The position numbers were made by a program, and so were the translations under genes. The notes beneath the pieces are model-generated. The model was not told the origin of the DNA, did no database searches, and worked only from the letters and a program-made list of their open reading frames with translations. Shown piece by piece: positions 50,861 to 62,200 of a stretch of 64,000 nt of DNA. Source of the stretch: Microcystaceae cyanobacterium (lineage in GTDB: Bacteria > Cyanobacteriota > Cyanobacteriia > Cyanobacteriales > Microcystaceae); assembly GCA_041746575.1 (NCBI GenBank), contig JBGTGT010000028.1:1-64000 (forward strand), written 5' to 3'. How positions within the stretch are numbered: the stretch's first letter is position 1; every line of letters starts with the position of its first letter.

Positions 50861-51952
50861 ATGCGAATTGCACAGATTGCACCCTTATGGGAACCCGTTC
50901 CTCCCTCTACCTATGGCGGCACTGAATTAGTTGTCAGCTTACTCACCGACGAATTGGTACGCCGAGGCCACGAAGTCACGCTTTTTGCGACAGGAGATTC
51001 TCAGACGTTGGCTAAACTAGAGCCTTGTTGCCCTCAAGCCTTGCGTACATTAACACTCACTCGCGAAGAAGCCGAAATGTATCACACCTTGCAACTCAAT
51101 AAAGTTTTCCGCAATGCGTCAAAATTTGATTTGATTCATTCTCACGTCGCTTTAGGGGCATTTGCTTACGCAGATTTAGTTCAAACACCAACCGTTCATA
51201 CCATTCACGGAATCGTTCTCCCTCAGATAGAACCCTTATGGCGAGATGCTTGCCAGCAAAATTTTATTAGTATTTCTCATTCCCAAAGACGCAACGATCT
51301 CGGATTAAACTATGTCGCTACCGTTTATAACGGAATTGACCCCTATATTTTCCCTTTTTATGCCCAGCCAGATAATCCTCCCTATCTCGCTTTTTTAGGT
51401 CGAATATCACCCGAAAAAGGACCTCACTTAGCCATTGAAATTGCGCAACGCACCGGATTACCCTTAAAAATGGCCGGTAAAGTAGACGCAGAAGATATCG
51501 TGTTTTTTGAGGAACAAATTAAACCCAAAATTGACGGAGAACACATTAAATTTTTAGGAGAAGCAAACCATCAACAAAAATGTCGCTTATTGGGGGGTGC
51601 CGTCGCCACATTATTTCCGATTACTTGGCCAGAACCCTTTGGTTTAGTCATGGCAGAATCAATGGTAGTAGGAACCCCTGTCATCGCTATGGCTAAAGGA
51701 TCGACGCCAGAAGTGATTGAAGATAAGAAAACAGGGTTTTTGTGCCACGATGTCGCTGAATGTGTTGCTGCCTTAACCCGAATCGAAGAAATTGACCGTC
51801 GCGTTTGTCGAGAACATATTATTAATAACTTCAGCGTCACTAAAATGGTAGATAAATATGAAGGGGTGTATCAAAAACTCGTCGCAGAACCGTTTGTCAA
51901 TAACCTTTCCTTGCCCAAAGTTAGGCTCAATTTAAAAGGCAAGACGGCTTAA
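50861..51952 (+). CDS. GT4 glycosyltransferase
   Basis: MRIAQIAP...YGGTE, LGRISPEKG, EPFGLVMAE; AGGAGG RBS. Confidence 0.93.
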   Translation: MRIAQIAPLWEPVPPSTYGGTELVVSLLTDELVRRGHEVTLFATGDSQTLAKLEPCCPQALRTLTLTREEAEMYHTLQLNKVFRNASKFDLIHSHVALGAFAYADLVQTPTVHTIHGIVLPQIEPLWRDACQQNFISISHSQRRNDLGLNYVATVYNGIDPYIFPFYAQPDNPPYLAFLGRISPEKGPHLAIEIAQRTGLPLKMAGKVDAEDIVFFEEQIKPKIDGEHIKFLGEANHQQKCRLLGGAVATLFPITWPEPFGLVMAESMVVGTPVIAMAKGSTPEVIEDKKTGFLCHDVAECVAALTRIEEIDRRVCREHIINNFSVTKMVDKYEGVYQKLVAEPFVNNLSLPKVRLNLKGKTA

Positions 51953-52104
51953 AATCGAGTAATGGGTTTAACGATGGACAAAGTAAGTCACTAAGCTATT
52001 GTTTATTGACAACGTTTATTTGATTTTAGTAGCAACAATCAACGATTAAACCCTTTTTTCGACTTCCTTAGCCATTTAGAGAATGAATAGCTTATTAACC
52101 GATT

Positions 52105-54342
52105 ATGATAGAATCTCATCAAACTGACCGAAAAAAGTTTATTTATGCAGAAACCGCCCCCATGCCTCTCTGGCCGTCTGCTAAGACTGAGCCAAGAATT
52201 CCAACACTTACGCTGAAAAATGACGCTCTTTTTTTAATTACTGATACCTTAGGCAATATTCCGGGTTATTTGCCCGAAGAACCTGGCAACAGCTTAGGTT
52301 TATTTTGTCAAGATACCCGATTTTTAAATCGTTTAGAATTACAAATTGAAGGTCAACTGCCGATTCTTCTAAGCAGTAATGCCCGTCGGGGATTTGCACT
52401 GTCTGCCTTGTGTACCAACCCCTATCTAGAAAAATCAGGAATCGAAGCAGAAAATATTGGGATTCAGCGAGAAATGGTCATTAACGGAGGGCTGTTTGAA
52501 GAATTAACTCTGACAAACTACTTAACCCATTCCGTCAGCTTTGAACTGAGTCTTAGTTTTGATGGGGACTTCGCTGATATATTTGAAGTTCGAGGTCGAG
52601 ACCGCAAAGAACGGGGTAAAATGTTGCGATTGGCCACCGAAAACAGCGAAACTCAGGAACTTACGTTTTTAGAAGCCTCAGAAAAAATAACCATTGCCTA
52701 TCAAGGGTTAGATGGGGTAGTCATAGAATCATGGATTCAATTTCTAGATCATCAGCCCGACTTCTGTCAAGGTCATACGGCCATTTGGCAATTAGAATTG
52801 GCCTCCCATCAAACCGTCCGCTTAGGGTATCGGGTGGAACTGTTAGTGAATCACCGTCCCCTTTCTCAAGTAGGTACGCCGACGACTTTCGTTCAAGCTA
52901 AAGCGGCTGAGTCTATGGAGCTAGAACAGTGGCAACAACAAATCACGACCATTCGTTCGGATAGTAAAACCTTCAATCATCTCATTGAACGCGCAGAACA
53001 AGATATTTATTTACTACAACAAAGTTTTAAGGACAAAAAAGCGTTATCAGCCGGAATTCCGTGGTTCTCGACTTTGTTTGGTAGAGATTCAATCATTGCG
53101 GCTTGGCAAACCTTAATCCTCGACCCTCAAATTGCCAAAGATACGTTGACCATTTTGGCTCAGTATCAAGGTAAAACCCACGACGATTGGCGCGAAGAAG
53201 CCCCCGGCAAGATTCTTCACGAACTCCGTCAAGGGGAAATGGCTCGTTGCGGTGAAATCCCTCATACGCCTTATTATGGGACAGTAGACGCGACACCTTT
53301 ATGGCTAATTCTTTATGCGGAATACTATGCTTGGACAGGCGATCGCCATACCCTAGACACATTATGGGAGGCGGCTTTAGCGGCGATGAATTGGATTGAC
53401 GAGCATTGCCAAGCAAGCGGTTATTTAAGTTATGAGCGAATTTCCCCCGGCGGTTTAGTTAATCAAGGGTGGAAGGATTCGGGCAACTGTATTGTTAACC
53501 GTGAAGGACAATTGGCGACAGGTGCAATTGCTTTGTGTGAAGTTCAAGGTTACGTTTATGGGGCTAAGATGCGTCTGAGTGTGATCGCCAAGATAAAGCA
53601 GAAGGTCGACTTAGCTGAACGGTGGTATCGAGAAGCTCAGCAACTCAAAATCCGCTTTAATCAAGATTTTTGGTTACCTGATCTAGATTATTGTGCTTTG
53701 GCTTTAGATGGAGACGGAAATTCGGTTGATAGTATTACCTCTAACCCCGGTCATTGTTTGGCGATGGGTATTTTGCAACCGGAAAAAGCGACCAATGTGG
53801 CTGAGAGACTGCGTGCGCCGGATTTATTTAGCGGTTGGGGAATTCGGACGCTCAGCAACTTATCTCCTGCTTATAATCCGATGGGCTACCATATTGGTTC
53901 GGTGTGGCCTCATGATAACAGTATTATTGCGCTAGGATTGCGCGCGATCGGTCAAATCGAGCAAACCCTTAAAGTGACGACGGGCATTTTTGAAATGACT
54001 CAACAACAGGCATATCAACGTCCGCCAGAATTATTTTGCGGGAACGAACGAACGCTTGAAAATAACCCTGTACGCTACCCTGTTGCTTGTTCTCCTCAAG
54101 CTTGGGCAACCGGTGCTTTATTTCAATTTTTACAGGCTGCCCTTAATATTGTTCCTGATGCACCTAACAACTATGTGCGGATTATTCATCCTGTGCTACC
54201 CTCATTATTTTCTTCGCTTTCGCTATCTAATCTCCGAGTGGGTTCAACAATGTTAGATTTAGAATTCGAGTGTTCTCAAGGAACGACGGCTTGTCGAGTA
54301 GCCCAAAAACGGGGGAATCTTAAAGTCATTTTTGAAATTTGA
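52105..54342 (+). CDS. Amylo-alpha-1,6-glucosidase / GDE-like glycoside hydrolase
   Basis: AGIPWFSTLFGRDS, PGKILHELR, YYGTVDATPL, NQGWKDS, YHIGSVWPHDN. Confidence 0.9.
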   Translation: MIESHQTDRKKFIYAETAPMPLWPSAKTEPRIPTLTLKNDALFLITDTLGNIPGYLPEEPGNSLGLFCQDTRFLNRLELQIEGQLPILLSSNARRGFALSALCTNPYLEKSGIEAENIGIQREMVINGGLFEELTLTNYLTHSVSFELSLSFDGDFADIFEVRGRDRKERGKMLRLATENSETQELTFLEASEKITIAYQGLDGVVIESWIQFLDHQPDFCQGHTAIWQLELASHQTVRLGYRVELLVNHRPLSQVGTPTTFVQAKAAESMELEQWQQQITTIRSDSKTFNHLIERAEQDIYLLQQSFKDKKALSAGIPWFSTLFGRDSIIAAWQTLILDPQIAKDTLTILAQYQGKTHDDWREEAPGKILHELRQGEMARCGEIPHTPYYGTVDATPLWLILYAEYYAWTGDRHTLDTLWEAALAAMNWIDEHCQASGYLSYERISPGGLVNQGWKDSGNCIVNREGQLATGAIALCEVQGYVYGAKMRLSVIAKIKQKVDLAERWYREAQQLKIRFNQDFWLPDLDYCALALDGDGNSVDSITSNPGHCLAMGILQPEKATNVAERLRAPDLFSGWGIRTLSNLSPAYNPMGYHIGSVWPHDNSIIALGLRAIGQIEQTLKVTTGIFEMTQQQAYQRPPELFCGNERTLENNPVRYPVACSPQAWATGALFQFLQAALNIVPDAPNNYVRIIHPVLPSLFSSLSLSNLRVGSTMLDLEFECSQGTTACRVAQKRGNLKVIFEI

Positions 54343-54543
54343 GTACTTTAGACCGCTTGCACGATTGAAATTGTATTTAGCAATGCCGTCCATTTTTCTC
54401 TTGAGCATTAACCAAGGAGAATTTCTCCTCTACAATCCCCTAATTGCCCGATGAAATCCCCTATTTTGTCACTCTAGGCAGAGAAGCATCGCAGAAAGTC
54501 ATCTCAACAATAATATAGACCCAATAGGGTAAACTTTTTCCCC

Positions 54544-55485
54544 ATGACGACCTCTTTTCCCTCCGACATTCCCTTAATTCCGACTGCTCCAGAAGGTTAT
54601 AAATCTGGGTTTATTGGCATTATCGGCCGTCCTAACGTGGGAAAATCTACCTTAATGAATCAATTAGTCGGGCAGAAAATTGCCATCACCTCCCCTGTTG
54701 CTCAAACAACCCGTAATCGCTTGCGAGGGATTCTCACAACTCCCCAAGCACAAATGATTTTCGTAGATACCCCCGGTATTCATAAGCCCCATCATGAACT
54801 GGGTAAAATTCTCGTACAAAATGCTCAAAATGCCATTAATTCCGTTGATTTGATCTTATTGGTTGTAGATGGTTCCGTAGAAGCAGGGGGAGGCGATCGC
54901 TATATTTGCCAACTCTTAGAAAAAAGCCGCATTCCCGTTATCTTTGGACTCAATAAGCAAGATAAACAATCAGGAGCGGAAAATCTCCTCGATGGGAGTT
55001 ATCTAAGCTTAATTGAAGCCTATACTTGGCCAGTGGTCAAATTTTCCGCCCTTACTGGACTGGGTTTAGAAAAACTACAAGACCGCTTAATTCAATCCCT
55101 CGACATTGGCCCCTATTATTATCCCCCCGATTTAGTCACCGATCAGCCCGAACGCTTTATCATGGGAGAGTTAATCCGCGAACAAATTCTTAGACTCACT
55201 CGTCAAGAAGTTCCCCATTCCGTGGCAGTTGTCATTGAAAAAGTGGAAGAAACTCCCAAAATTACCCGTATTTTTGCGGCAATTAACGTCGAAAGAGACT
55301 CCCAAAAAGCTATTATAATTGGTAAACAAGGCACGATGCTGAAAACAGTTGGCACCGCCGCCCGTCAACAAATTCAGAAATTAATCATGGGGGATGTTTA
55401 TCTCAAGCTATTTGTCAAAGTTGAACCCAAGTGGCGACAATCTCCCTTGCATCTTGCCGAATTTGGCTATCGCGTCGACAAATAA
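54544..55485 (+). CDS. era: GTPase Era
   Basis: GRPNVGKST, QTTR, DTPG, NKQD, KH domain. Confidence 0.97.
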   Translation: MTTSFPSDIPLIPTAPEGYKSGFIGIIGRPNVGKSTLMNQLVGQKIAITSPVAQTTRNRLRGILTTPQAQMIFVDTPGIHKPHHELGKILVQNAQNAINSVDLILLVVDGSVEAGGGDRYICQLLEKSRIPVIFGLNKQDKQSGAENLLDGSYLSLIEAYTWPVVKFSALTGLGLEKLQDRLIQSLDIGPYYYPPDLVTDQPERFIMGELIREQILRLTRQEVPHSVAVVIEKVEETPKITRIFAAINVERDSQKAIIIGKQGTMLKTVGTAARQQIQKLIMGDVYLKLFVKVEPKWRQSPLHLAEFGYRVDK

Positions 55486-55643
55486 GAATCCTTTTCAGCC
55501 TGCCTTCTGCAACAATCTCTTCGCGTCATGCAATTTTGGGCAAGGGGTTTGGGTACACTGACTTTTAAGAGACTTAAATTCTTACTCCCTTTTGTCTCAC
55601 ATTAGGGAAGCGCAGTCGTCAACAACCTTGGCAGGACGGAAAC

Positions 55644-58600
55644 ATGAGCAGTTATGATTCAAAACCGCAATTTCCCTCAGATTCTTCAGATAATAATGAT
55701 TTAGATGATATTGCTCTGTTATTTGAAGAGTTTGAAGAACAACCCCAGTTCCCTCGCCAAGAGAACCTACAACATCGGACAAAAGCCGCGATCACCGACT
55801 CGATGAATGCCGATACATTTAACAAAGCTCTAGATAATTTATTTGACGACGAAGATGTCCCTTCCCCACCGTTGAATACAGCAAAATCGCCTTCTTTAAA
55901 TGAACGGATCACTTTTTCGTCTCTCCCATCTGACGAAGAAATTAATGACTTATTTGAGGATTTCGATTTAAGTTCCGATGCCAAAGCCTCTTTTCCCCTT
56001 GATTCTCCTGCCCATCGTTCTAAGACAGAAGACGACAAACTATTGCGCTTATTTGTAAAAGATCAAGAAACGGAATCAGAAGATTCCTTTGATGAACTTA
56101 AAGCCCTGTTGGGAAACCAACAATCCCCTCAACTATCTGTCCCCCCTGCGTTTCCTGGATTCAAAGAAGCTGATCTTATTGTCCTTAATGAAGGAATGCC
56201 CATCCTATATCCTGCCTTAGAAGATTTAGAAGAGATTTTAAAACAACCCATCGGCACTCATCGTCTTAATAGTCCTAATTTTGCGGAATTAGAAGCGTTA
56301 ATTAACACCCCTGCCCAATTCCAATTACCGGCCGCCATGCCTAATTCCCTTTCCGTGGCTCCTCAAAATCGAGACTGGGATGATATGGAAGAATTGGCCA
56401 TCGAAATGGGGCATAAAATTAGCCCACCCCCTTCAGCCACCCGTTCTGCTCATCGAGAAGGGGTCTTGCGCAGTACGCCTAAGTCTCGTCCAGCGAAAGT
56501 AAAAGGATTTGAAGAAACGGTACGGGTATCCGTTAAACAGTTAGATAACTTAAGTAATCTGATTGGGGAGCTAGTAGTTAAACGGAACCGTCTCGAACAA
56601 GATCAAGAGCGATTACGGCAGTTTTTAGATAATTTACTCAATCATGTCCAAAGCTTAAGCGATGTCGGTGGTCGGATGCAGGATCTCTATGAAAGAACCT
56701 TATTAGAAGGAGCATTACTGGCCAGTCGCAATCGCTTACGGGGAAGCGGGAATAGCCCAGAAATGACCGTTACCCAAGCGGAGACAGATGGCGCGATGGA
56801 TCAAGATCTTGATGCCCTTGAAATGGATCGTTTTACGGGATTCCACCTACTATCCCAAGAAATGATTGAATTAATTGTCAGGGTGCGAGAAGCCTCCTCG
56901 GACATTCAATTTCTCGTCGATGAAACCGATCAAGTGGGTCGTGGCTTACGGCAAAATACCACCCAACTGCAAGAAGGCATGACCACTACCCGCATGGTCA
57001 CCTTTGGTCCCAGTGCTGATCGCCTGATCCGTCCCGTTAGAGAAATTTCTCGTCAACTAAAGAAACAAGCCCGCTTAAACGTGGAAGGGAAAGACGTTCT
57101 CATCGATAAGATGATTTTAGAACATTTATCCAGTCCCTTAACCCATTTAGTCAATAACGCTGTTACTCATGGCATCGAATCCCCTGAAGAACGCCAACAA
57201 CAAGGCAAACCCCCTGAAGGACAGATTAATATTCGAGCCTTTTTACAAGGTAATCAGACAGTGCTTACCTTTGCCGATGATGGGGGGGGGATTGATCCCC
57301 TTCGTATTAAGCAAAAAGCTATTGAAAAACATCTCGTAACCCCAGAAGAAGCCTTAGCCCTCAGTGAAAATGAAATCTACGATTTTCTCTTCCATCCAGG
57401 CTTTAGTACCAAAGATCAAGCCGATCAGTTTGCCGGTCGAGGGGTGGGTTTAGACGTGGTTCGTACTAGCTTAAATGAAATTCGCGGTAGCGTAACCATT
57501 CATTCAGAAATTGGCAAAGGCACAACCTTTACCATTCGTTTGCCTCTGACCCTCAGCATTTGTAAGGCGTTATGTTGCCTGAGTAATTATGCGCGGGTTG
57601 CCTTCCCCATGGACGGGGTCGAAGATATGAAAGACTATACTATCTACGACCTTCCCCTCAACGATCAAGAAAAACGGTGTATCCGTTGGGGACAAAGCCT
57701 CTTACCCATTTATTCCCTCAACGAACTGTTGGTTTATAACCGTCAACTGAGTCGAGGGAGTGTGTATGGAGGACGCTCCTTAGATGATACGATTTCCATC
57801 GTCATTTTACGGGGGGCGGGCGATTTTCTTGCCGTTCAAGTGGATCAAGTGATTGGGGAACAGGAAATTGTCATTAAGCAGATTGAAGGGCCGGCTCCCA
57901 AACCTCCCGGCATCGCAGGGGCAACGGTGTTAGGAGATGGCAGCATCATGCCCATTGGCGATGTCTTAGAATTGATTGAAATTGCCCAAGGCCGGATTCG
58001 CACTGATGTAGGCGCAGGTCTTTGGCGATCGCCTTCTCTGCCCCCGAAAGCCGAACTTCCAGCCCAAAGTGAACCCACCATTCTTATTGTGGATGATTCC
58101 CTCACCGTTCGTCAGTACCTCTCCCATAGTTTCAGTAAGGCCGGTTATCGGGTTGAACAAGCGAGAGATGGTCAGGAAGCGTGGGAAAAACTACGTTCTG
58201 GCTTGCCCTGTGACATCGTTTTCTGTGATATCGAAATGCCGCGAATGAATGGCTTAGAATTGCTGTCCAGTTTGCAAAAAGATGAGCAGTTATCGGCAAT
58301 TCCCGTTGCGTTATTAACCTCAAGGGGGGCAGATCGCCATCGCAAGGTCGCCGCTAAACTAGGTGCTAGTGGCTATTATATAAAACCTGCCCCCGATGCA
58401 GAGTTACTGGAAGGGGCAAAACGCATGATTGATGGAGAAGTCCTGTTACCGGGCAGTGTGCGTAAACCACAAGTCAAATTCTCAGAAAACGCGCCAGCGT
58501 CGTCGATGAGCCATTCAGTCTCCGAGCGTCAAACCGTTAGTGGGCCGCCTGTGGTGCTAATTGTCGATGATTCGGTTATGGTGAGAGAAATGCTATCTCA

Positions 58601-58949
58601 GTCCTTCTCTGGGGCAGGTTATCGCTATGAACAAGCTCGTGACGGTCAAGATGCCCTCGAAAAGTTACGGTCGGGGTTACGCTGTGATCTCATTCTCTGC
58701 GATATTGAAATGCCTAAAATGAATGGCTTGGAGTTACTTTCTCGTCTGCAAGACGATGAATACCTCTGCCAGATTCCTGTTGCGATGATTACCTCACGGG
58801 GAGCGCAAAAAATGCAGCAAAAAGCGGCGGAAAGGGGAGCAAAAGGCTATTTTGTTAAACCTTATATCGAAAATGTCTTATTGGATGCCGCTAAACGTTT
58901 AATTGCGGGTGAAGTCTTACTAGATACTAATCGTTTCTCTGAAGTGTGA
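55644..58949 (+). CDS. CheA-like hybrid kinase without HPt domain (PilL-C type)
   Basis: Acidic N-terminus, LDNLSNLIGELV dimerisation domain, HLVNNAVTHGIE/GRGVGLDVV HATPase, CheW domain, two REC domains. Confidence 0.9.
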   Translation: MSSYDSKPQFPSDSSDNNDLDDIALLFEEFEEQPQFPRQENLQHRTKAAITDSMNADTFNKALDNLFDDEDVPSPPLNTAKSPSLNERITFSSLPSDEEINDLFEDFDLSSDAKASFPLDSPAHRSKTEDDKLLRLFVKDQETESEDSFDELKALLGNQQSPQLSVPPAFPGFKEADLIVLNEGMPILYPALEDLEEILKQPIGTHRLNSPNFAELEALINTPAQFQLPAAMPNSLSVAPQNRDWDDMEELAIEMGHKISPPPSATRSAHREGVLRSTPKSRPAKVKGFEETVRVSVKQLDNLSNLIGELVVKRNRLEQDQERLRQFLDNLLNHVQSLSDVGGRMQDLYERTLLEGALLASRNRLRGSGNSPEMTVTQAETDGAMDQDLDALEMDRFTGFHLLSQEMIELIVRVREASSDIQFLVDETDQVGRGLRQNTTQLQEGMTTTRMVTFGPSADRLIRPVREISRQLKKQARLNVEGKDVLIDKMILEHLSSPLTHLVNNAVTHGIESPEERQQQGKPPEGQINIRAFLQGNQTVLTFADDGGGIDPLRIKQKAIEKHLVTPEEALALSENEIYDFLFHPGFSTKDQADQFAGRGVGLDVVRTSLNEIRGSVTIHSEIGKGTTFTIRLPLTLSICKALCCLSNYARVAFPMDGVEDMKDYTIYDLPLNDQEKRCIRWGQSLLPIYSLNELLVYNRQLSRGSVYGGRSLDDTISIVILRGAGDFLAVQVDQVIGEQEIVIKQIEGPAPKPPGIAGATVLGDGSIMPIGDVLELIEIAQGRIRTDVGAGLWRSPSLPPKAELPAQSEPTILIVDDSLTVRQYLSHSFSKAGYRVEQARDGQEAWEKLRSGLPCDIVFCDIEMPRMNGLELLSSLQKDEQLSAIPVALLTSRGADRHRKVAAKLGASGYYIKPAPDAELLEGAKRMIDGEVLLPGSVRKPQVKFSENAPASSMSHSVSERQTVSGPPVVLIVDDSVMVREMLSQSFSGAGYRYEQARDGQDALEKLRSGLRCDLILCDIEMPKMNGLELLSRLQDDEYLCQIPVAMITSRGAQKMQQKAAERGAKGYFVKPYIENVLLDAAKRLIAGEVLLDTNRFSEV

Positions 58950-59067
58950 CATCACAAATAAGGACGGGGTTAACTCAGAATTCATTCAAAACTCGCTGGA
59001 TCAAGCATTAAGGTCATCAGAGAGAAACATCAGTAAAATAAAGGAAAGACTTATGTCCTTGTCTACC

Positions 59068-59176
59068 CTAATCTCTCTGAAAAAAGAGGCGAGCAGTCGT
59101 TAGTGAATTGTAAGCGGTGGGTAGGTGGGTACCCATAAAACTAATCTCTCTGAAAAAAGAGGCGAGCAGTCGTTAG
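59068..59176. repeat. Two identical 36-bp direct repeats separated by a 37-bp unique spacer (CRISPR-like geometry)
   Basis: CTAATCTCTCTGAAAAAAGAGGCGAGCAGTCGTTAG at 59068-59103 and 59141-59176. Confidence 0.9.
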
Positions 59177-59234
59177 GGGTCACGCTAGGGAAATTAGGGA
59201 CTAAAAGGTTAAAAGGTTGGATTAAAGGAAACGC

Positions 59235-62200
59235 ATGGAAAAGATATCTAACGCTGAAAAATTTGCGTCTCAAATAACTCCAGCCATCAACTGGCGTGAT
59301 ATTGGTCGTATCATGCTCCAAAAGACGCTTCCCCTCAATCCGTTAACGACTCAGCCAGATGACATTAAACAAGAAGATCCCCCCTTTCTAATGGCGTTAA
59401 CCCCTGCCCCTAAATCAGAGGAACGCTGGCAACCGTCGGATTTTTTTGCTCACATCAGTCAGGAAGAAAATGGAAAGCCTCCCCAAAGAATCGCCATTAT
59501 TGGAGAATCTGGTACGGGAAAAACACTTATTTTAAGTCATTTTGCTCAGTGGTTACTGGAAGTAACCGATAATATTCCAGTTTGGATTTGCCCTTCTTAT
59601 ATCGAAGGTTTGTCTCTCGAACAGTATTTATTTGAAAAATGGTTATCGCAAGCTGAAAACTACACAGATGTCCTCAAAAATCCCTTGTTTGAAGGGTTAA
59701 AAACCCTAATTGAGAGGGGCAAATTATGGATTTTGTTAGATGGGTGGGATTTTTTACGCAAAGCGAAAGGAGCAACCCCCTCTCTATCTTCGATTGCTAC
59801 GACGTTGCAACAGCTTCAAGGCTGGGGTCAATCCGTATCGGTTATGGTGACGTGTCGCACTTCAACGTGGCAAAGAAGGGAAAGCCAACAAGCTTATGGA
59901 GGAATTAAAGGATTTGATCGTTATTTTAGCCGTCATTTCACTTACCCGACTGAAGTCAACTTTTTTATTGAGCAGTGGTTTCCTCCTGTCTCCTCAAAAG
60001 GCAATCATGAATGGGGAGCGCAATTAAGCCTTGCCTTGGCTCAGGCAGGACAAGAACCGCTACAGGCGTCCATTACCCATCCTCTTCGTTTAGCCCTTTT
60101 ATGTCGCTTGTGGCAACAACATCCGGGCTATTTGCCGGATACAGTCACCCAACTATATGGCCTACTCATTCACGAGTTTTATGAATGGAAAGCTGAAATT
60201 ACGCGAATTTCTCCGCAAAAACAAGATAAGTTACATCCTCTACTGGCGCAGTTAGCCCTTTTTGCCCTTGAGCAACCAGATGGGATCTTGCGGGTTGACG
60301 CTAAACCTTTTAAGGTCTGTGGCAAGGATATAGAGAAGCCTTTATTAACGCTTGATGATCAAAGTTTAAGCCAAATACAAGATGCTAGAACGGTGGGATG
60401 GCTCGTTAGGGTCGAAAGCACCTCGGAAACGGATAATCGTTGGGAAATATATGAATGGAATGAGGATTGTTTTGCGGCCTATTTTGCCGCTCAAGGGATT
60501 TCGTCCGCTTCATTCTTTGTAGATGGGACTTATCCTCGCTTTTTTGCAAAAAAATGGCAAAAAGTTCTTTTTTTCTGGCTAGGACGAAGTGATATTTCCC
60601 CTGAATCTAAAGAATCTCTGATCGAGCGGTTGGTAAACTTTCAAGATCAATGCGGTTTGCTCAATGTGTTTGGTCAACAAGCTTTTTTACTAGCGGTTAA
60701 AAGTTTAGCTTATTTTAATAAATATACGAAGAGTAAGCCGATTATTGATAAAGCGATTGACTGGGCATTTAATCCCGATGAAAAGCTTGATTTTCGTTCA
60801 GAATATGCAAAGGATGCTCTTTTTGAGAGCGATCGCCCCCTTGTTATTGCCCGCTTGATGGATTATCTTCTCCGTTATCCCACTCATTATGCTGGTTTTG
60901 CTTATTTAGAAAAAATAGCCATTCATAATGCCGATGCCATTCAATTTTTGACAGAACAATTAAAAAAAACCCTAGAACAGACCTTGCGTTGGCAAATCGC
61001 TGAAACCCTCGGCAAAATTGCTCCCAATAACGTGGCCGCATTAACCCCCTTCGTTACTCTCTTAAATGCTGATCATTCGGAGGACTCTAAGCAGGTTGCC
61101 CTAAATAGCTTAGCAAAAATTGGTAAAAATGCGCCTTTGGCTCTTAATAGCATGATTCCATTGCTTCATTCCCCCAGCTTATCTTCTTTGCATCGCCGCG
61201 TCTTTCAATGCTTGGAAATTATTGGCCAAGGACACCCCACAGCGATCGCCGCTTTAATTCAGTTAATTCGCACTCAAACCGACCCCAGTTTACAACGACA
61301 AGCCGCCGAAAGTCTGGAAAAAATTGATCCGAGTAATCCCACCGCTTTGGCTGTTTTAAGCCAGTTGTTGAGTAAAGAATACCCAGAAGACATTCGTCGT
61401 CAAGCGGTTTATAGTCTTGGGGAAATCGAACTCGGCAATAGCAGTGCCATTCATGCCTTGGTTAAGCTACTAGAAGAAAGTAATGATCTGTTAACGCAGT
61501 GGGTTGCTATCAGTAGCATTGGCAAAATTGGTCGGGATCATCGAGAAGCTATTCAAATTCTACTTAAATTTGTGCAATCTGAGCAAGATCATTTACTGCG
61601 TAAAGAAGCCATTGAAAGTTTAAGTAAAATTGATCCCCAAAATCCAGCGATTATTTCTGCCCTAGTCAATTTGATAAAAACAACGGAAGATGAAGCCATT
61701 CGACGGGAAGCGGCGGAAAGTTTAGGAAAACTAGATCCGGGGAATCCAGCGGCGATCGCGGCGTTGGGGTATTTATTGCAGTCGGCGGTGGATGAATTTA
61801 CCCGTCGTCAAGCGGCTACGAGTCTGGTACGCATTGATCCGGGTAATTTGGAAGCGTTAACCGCTTTGGTACAATTGATTAAAACCAGTCAAAATACGGA
61901 CATTCAAGGGTTGGCGGCAGAAAGTTTAGGGGAATTGGGAGCGAATAACCCGGCGGTGATTGCTACCTTAATCCGTCTCCTCCAATCAAACCCAGACAAA
62001 CACACCTTCCGACGCACCGCCAAAAGTCTCGGCAAAATCGGTAAAGGCAATCGGGAAGTGATCAGTACCTTGATGGATTTACTAAAAACGAAGAAGTCTA
62101 AAACAGAGAATCAAGGCAATCGCTTGCAATTAGCGAATAGTCTGATTCATATTCTTATTCCTGCTCAAATTCCCGCTATCGTAACGACACTACAAGCTTT

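Noticed and set aside
59068..59176. Calling the repeat pair a bona fide CRISPR array
   Set aside because: Only two repeats, no canonical repeat ends, no clear leader and no cas genes in the window; kept as a repeat and a hypothesis
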